This document shows, piece after piece, positions 22,726 through 27,588 of a stretch of 27,588 nucleotides of DNA (position 1 is its first letter; the number at the start of each line of letters is the position of its first letter). The stretch spans positions 85,884,283-85,911,870 of the forward strand of contig NC_057718.1 of NCBI RefSeq assembly GCF_004010195.1, given 5' to 3'. The translations under genes and the position numbers were made by a program. The notes under the pieces are model-generated. The model made no database searches. It had not been told where the DNA came from and saw nothing but the letters and a program-made list of their open reading frames with translations. This stretch comes from Chiloscyllium plagiosum (Eukaryota).

Positions 22726-24184
22726 TGAGATACCCAGAAAATCAACACCACTAAACATTTTCCAATTGGAAACATTCTGGAGTTTCAAAATGAGATGATG
22801 CTCAGAATTCAAACAGTTCAGATTGAGATGAATGAGGTTTAACTCAGCAACTGAATAGATGTAGGGCAGTACCAGCCAATAGCAGACACACTGAAGAGGT
22901 TACAAATGAGCACAGCAGTGAAAGCAGATTTTGAAGTTATAGAAACCGTTAGAAGCTTACAAAACAGAAGTTGCAAAGCTTTCACCGTCGACAGAAAGAA
23001 AGCTGCATGAAATCTGGGAAGCACATTGATGTGATGTATAATGCATCCCATTGCAGAAATGCCCTCTGCAAAACTGGCCAGATTGTCATTCTATATCAGT
23101 ACTTCAAGCAGCAGAAACACCTCGCTGTCATCGATGACTTGTCAGTCTTCAATCGGATGTTAGTGATACCGAGAGCACTTAGTCTTGAAATTGATAAGAC
23201 AATTTATCAAGGTCATTCGAACATTACAAAGTGTTCTGCATGAATGCAACAGTCAATACGTTGGCTTGGAATTTCCAATTCAATACAAGAAATCAACAAT
23301 AATAATATTTTTTGCTTGCTGAATTATCAAAAGATGAAAATACCGCTATTACCATCATCTTTTCATTAAGGCCACTGGATCACTTGGGAATTAATTTATT
23401 TTAGTTCAAAGGAAAAATCTTCATTATTGTCATTGCTTACTACTAATCAGCTACACAAGAATATGGCTGAAATAGTGATCAAATCACTCAAGAGAATCTG
23501 GACATGCAGATTTCTGGACATGTTAGTCACACACAAATATTCACAGCTTGTTAATGAGTAGCATTTGATATGAATATGATTTTATTTTTGTTACAAGTTC
23601 GTGTCATAATTCTCAAGTGAACGGAGAAGCTATGCAAAAAAGCTCATGTAAATAAGATATGATTGAAAAATGTGAAGGCTCATATTTAGCATTATTGAGC
23701 TGCAGATCACCACCACTGCAGAATGGATTAGCACTGATGAAGGGGGGAGATTGAGAACACAACTTGCACCTCTGTCTCAGAAACTATAGCCAAAAATCAC
23801 AGAGAATTGGCAATGTGTAAAGGAGAAAAGAGGAGCCATGGGACAGCTAGGTTTGAAATTTTAATAAAAGATACAGAACATGACTGTTACAAGAGCTGGT
23901 TACAAGAGTAGAGATGAGAGATATAGAGAGAAGGAAAGATCACAGAGAGAAAAAAACACAGCAACTATAATCTTCAGGGCTGAAACAAATCAAGGGATAA
24001 TCAGTAGGAATTGTGACACATTGATATCATTAAACATGAAACCAAAAGAAACGTGGAATTATTTCTGAAAAGAAACGGAACAAGAGGATTCTACAACCAC
24101 CCAGGAGAGAGACACTCAGTCCGAGAAAAGGAAGAGTGTAAAAGCATCCAAGAGGTTCGGGGTGGTTTATATAAAAAAAAAACC

Positions 24185-24488
24185 GGGCAACATGGTGGCA
24201 CAGTGGCTAGCACTGCTGCCTCACTGTGCCAGAGACCTGGGTTCAAATCCCCCCTCGGGCAACTGTCTGTGTGGAGGTTGCACGTTCTCCCCGTGTCTGC
24301 GTGGGTTTCCTCTGGGTGCTCCGGTTTCCTCCCATAGTCTAAAAATGTGCAGGTTAGGTGAATTGGCCATGCTAAATTGCCCGTAGTGTTAGGGGAATGG
24401 GTCTGGGTGGGTTGCTCTTCGGAGGGTCGGGGTGGACTTGTTGGGCCGAAGGGCCTGTTTCCACACTGTAAGTAATCTAATCTAATCT
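24185..24488 (+). mobile_element. HE1-type SINE, near full length
   Basis: Box A and B head, V-domain-like core, HER1-like tail and (aatct)n, preceded by an A run. Confidence 0.92.
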
Positions 24489-24764
24489 CTGGAAAAGACC
24501 CAGAGATTGATCAAAGCACCATAAAGATTAGCCTTGTGAAGTCTAAAGCTTTGGAGGGGAAGATGTTCTTCAGGGCAATAAAGTCTTGGGGGGAGATTAG
24601 ATATCAGCTTGCGAAGCTTATTGAAATGTGTGTAATTACAATTCTGTAAATATATCTTTTTATGGACAACACCTCGAACTTGAGAAACAACATTTGGGAG
24701 ATTAATTTCAGTTGGGCCCGGTTCACATAATACATATTTTCATTTTGAATAGTACTATGGGATC

Positions 24765-24872
24765 TTTGACAGGGCAAGGGCAAATGGGGCATTGTTCCTT
24801 ATGTCTCAATCAAAGGGTGGTGCAGCACGCCCTCAGTTCCTGTCTAATTTCAATGTTTCTGAGTGGGACTTT
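24765..24872 (-). mobile_element. DeuSINE-like remnant
   Basis: gtgcagcacgccctcagt...gagtgggactt resembles the SINE body in reverse. Confidence 0.4.
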
Positions 24873-25369
24873 AGCTCAGCTGAGAATGCTCCCATTCTGC
24901 CAGGCCTGAAGGTTCAAGCCACTGACTATGGTTTATCATTGGATATACCAGCAATCTAGTCCACAAAAGATAACACCTACTGACCATAGTTGTGGGTCTT
25001 GGAAGTTTTGTTCACTGTTAGTGACGCCAAATTATTGCCTGCTCGCCTGAAGAGACCAGCAGTCTACATATGACCAATTGATGTGAAAGATTGCCAGAAA
25101 GGAATTCAGTCTGTTTGGGCAAGATTCTCTGTGTCTAAGACATTCCCTGTGAATTTTCCTTACATTAATTTGGCAAATCTGGGTGCACTGTTCGATTAGT
25201 ATTCATCTGATAGATAGCATCCAGTTGGTCTCAGAATAGCCTGCCATCTGATCCCAGCCTCCATTGGATAATAACTCCCATCAAGATGTGTATGCACGCC
25301 ATTACAAATGAACAGATTATCGGTAAAGACCTATTAAGCTGGTGCTCTTTGTTACCATGAAATAGAAGA

Positions 25370-25712
25370 CTAAATGGAGTGACCAGATGCAGTCTTCAAA
25401 AGAATGAATTGCTTGCATAAAGGTAGAGCAGGTGTCTGCACTTGTAGTGGCTTGTCCAAAACTGGAGTTATCAAAATAAGGTCATTACAAGGAAGGAATT
25501 CAGGAGAAAGATCTTTACCAAGAAAATGATGAGAATGCGGGGCTCACTACCACGTGGGAAATGGTCGAGATGAACATCAAATGAAGACAGGAAGGCAGGA
25601 AGGTTAAAGGATATGCTGGAAGGGTGAGATGATGTAAGATGGAAGGAGGTTTATGTGGGGTGTAATATTCAGCATAGATCAATGGGCTGAATGGCTTGTT
25701 GTACATTCTACA
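25370..25712 (+). mobile_element. Old CR1 3' fragment
   Basis: aaggaattcaggagaaagatctttacca...gcatagatcaatgggctgaatggcttgtt resembles a CR1 end. Confidence 0.6.
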
Positions 25713-26207
25713 TGGTTTGACACATGAGGGAAAACTACCTGGTGTCTATTTCTCGTTCAGTTCTCCAGAGTCTGCCTGATGCAAGTGCTGTTAACAGCGA
25801 GAAGCCAGTGATGAGAAACCACTTAAATATCCAAACTGAGGCCCACAGAATCCTGTTTACAATTATTGGGAACAATTCATGAAATTCTGATTCACATATT
25901 TGTACCAGTTGCTGGGCAGCTTTCACAACTGATCTACAAGGTACTGCTCTGGGCTACTCAGGAAGAGGCCCCAGCATATTTAACATTTTTTGGGGGAATG
26001 TGGGGACACCACACATCTTGGTCGGAGTTATTATCCCATGGAGGCTGGGAGCAGGATGGCAGGCTATTCTGAGGCCAACTGGGTGCTAACAATTGGATGA
26101 ATCCTAATCGAACAGTCTGCTGTCTCCAGGAGGAAGAACACAAAATGCTTCACCGTGGGAAGAGAAAGATTTCAACCCTCATAACTGGCCCCTCACAGCT
26201 AGCAAAC

Positions 26208-26459
26208 TATGGCCTAATGGTATCTTAGCTGGACTGTTATCCCAGAAACTCAGCTAATGTTCTGGGGACCCAGGTTTGAATCCTGTCATAGCAGATGGTG
26301 GCATTTGAATTCAATAAAAATCTGGAATTAAGACTCTAAAGATGATAACGAATCCATTGTCAATTGTTGGGAAGCCCATCTAGTTCACTAATCCTTTAGG
26401 GAAGGAAACCTCATCCTCACCCACAGCAACGTGGCTGATTCTCAACTGACCTCTGGGCA
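26208..26459 (+). mobile_element. tRNA-derived SINE (non-HE1 family), 3' truncated
   Basis: Box A-like tggcctaatgg, box B-like ggtttgaatcc, body gcagatggtggcatttgaattcaataaaaatctggaattaag. Confidence 0.75.
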
Positions 26460-27074
26460 CTTGAAGGTTGGCCCAGAGGTCAGAGGCGGATAAAAAAAAA
26501 TGGAACAGTCACACAAGTTTGGGACTAATGTTTTTAAGACCCAATGCAGGTGGAGAAACAAAAATCATGTAGCCTCCCCTTCCCGTACCCTTACCTAAGT
26601 TGAAATAAGATATTAACATAAGACAACGCTTTCAAAGAATTAATTGAAACTTGCAAAAGTATAGATCGTTAATCACTACACCGACCTTGCCTTTCAGTTT
26701 ATGGACCATCTTCAACAGTTTTAATTAGATTATAGCCTTGCAACTTGTACAGTTTCATTATTTGGTACAGCATGTCTATTTCTGTCTTGTTTCAGGGATG
26801 AATCACCCCTTGTCTTGAGTTCTATATTGAACACATTTATTAGTTGCTAAATTGTGATCCCCGAGGGATTGCAGCTCCACAGTTTTGCATCAGAGTAAAA
26901 TTGGACTGTGGATGTGGCAAAACAAACAGACTCACATTTTCCTGTCACATTAAAACCATTGGAATCTCTGCAACTAAATAAAATGTGCAGCTCAGGTTGT
27001 TATTGGTCAAATGGTTTTCAAGGCAGCGGAAAACCTGGACACCCTACGACTGAGAAGAGTAGGCATACAGGGAT

Positions 27075-27243
27075 GTCTTTGAGTTCCCCTTCAAGTTACA
27101 CACCCTCTTTACTTGGACCAATATCACAATCACTGATCAAAGCTTGGAATCCCCTGCCTGACAGCACAAGAAGTGCTTTCACCGCACTGATGGCAGTTTA
27201 AGAATGTCCAGCACCACCTTCTCAAGGATAATTAATAGTGGAC
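27075..27243 (+). mobile_element. Old LINE 3' end remnant
   Basis: agttccccttcaagttacacacc...tggaatcccctgcctgacagcac...caccaccttctcaagg resembles a common shark LINE 3' end as recalled. Confidence 0.55.
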
Positions 27244-27588
27244 ATAGCCAACTGCCGCCGCAATATTAACCGCCCCCTGAACTCCCCCACCCCTCTCTCC
27301 CACTCCAACCTCTCACCCTCGGAACGCGCAGCCCTCCACTCACTCCGTTGCAACCCCAACCTCACTATCAAACCAGCAGACAAGGGAGGCGCGGTAGTAG
27401 TTTGGCGCACCGACCTCTACACCGCTGAGGCCAAACGCCAGCTCGCAGATACCTCCTCCTACTGCCCCCTCGACCATGACCCCAGCCCCCACCACCAAAC
27501 CATCATCTCCCAGACCGTCCATAACCTCATCACCTCGGGGGATCTCCCATCCACCGCCTCCAACCTCATAGTCCCACAACCCCGCACC
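27241..27588 (+). mobile_element. Penelope-like element reverse transcriptase N-terminal part, 5' truncated, running off the window
   Basis: Uninterrupted 116-codon frame ...SNLSPSERAALHSLRCNPNLTIKPADKGGAVVVWRTDLY...LIVPQPRT with the PLE-typical IKPADKG motif. Missed by the ORF track because it has no start codon. Confidence 0.93.

Larger units (their letters stand above)
21350..24600 (+). mobile_element. Decayed Gypsy LTR retrotransposon with nested insertions
   Basis: gag-like IIEHAKFNQ..GENMGTIMDDLWRLVTNCSY..LKTELFHDGII (about 21800-21960), RT-like HRVTADMKVLQNVGLILNEEYEL, integrase-like RMLVIPRALSLEIDKTIYQGHSNITKC, SQVNGEA and ALLSCRSPPLQNG, and polypurine tract ggggggaga near 24588-24596. 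Confidence 0.8.

Noticed and set aside
27340..27579. Minus-strand Gly/Val-rich ORF
   Set aside because: Antisense shadow of the Penelope RT frame.

Overview
Eukaryotic, repeat-dense non-coding DNA, most likely from a shark (inferred from HE1-type SINEs, HER1/CR1 tails and DeuSINE-like fragments, all recognised from memory). No intact cellular protein-coding gene, RNA gene or CRISPR array is recognisable, and nearly all ORFs in the track are chance ORFs or transposon remnants. The window holds two decayed Gypsy LTR retrotransposons (about 1650-4500 minus, about 21350-24600 plus), a solo LTR with a 4-bp TSD, many CR1 fragments, single Tx1, Rex1 and L2 fragments, tRNA-derived SINEs, four Penelope-like (PLE) pieces and a 341-N assembly gap. 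The most notable points are three PLE-borne hammerhead ribozyme motifs, a 63-bp-arm palindromic PLE derivative with an 8-bp TSD, three local templated duplication or fold-back events, and a chain of strong minus-strand splice signals suggesting an unannotated spliced, probably non-coding transcript. Boundaries of old repeats are approximate.
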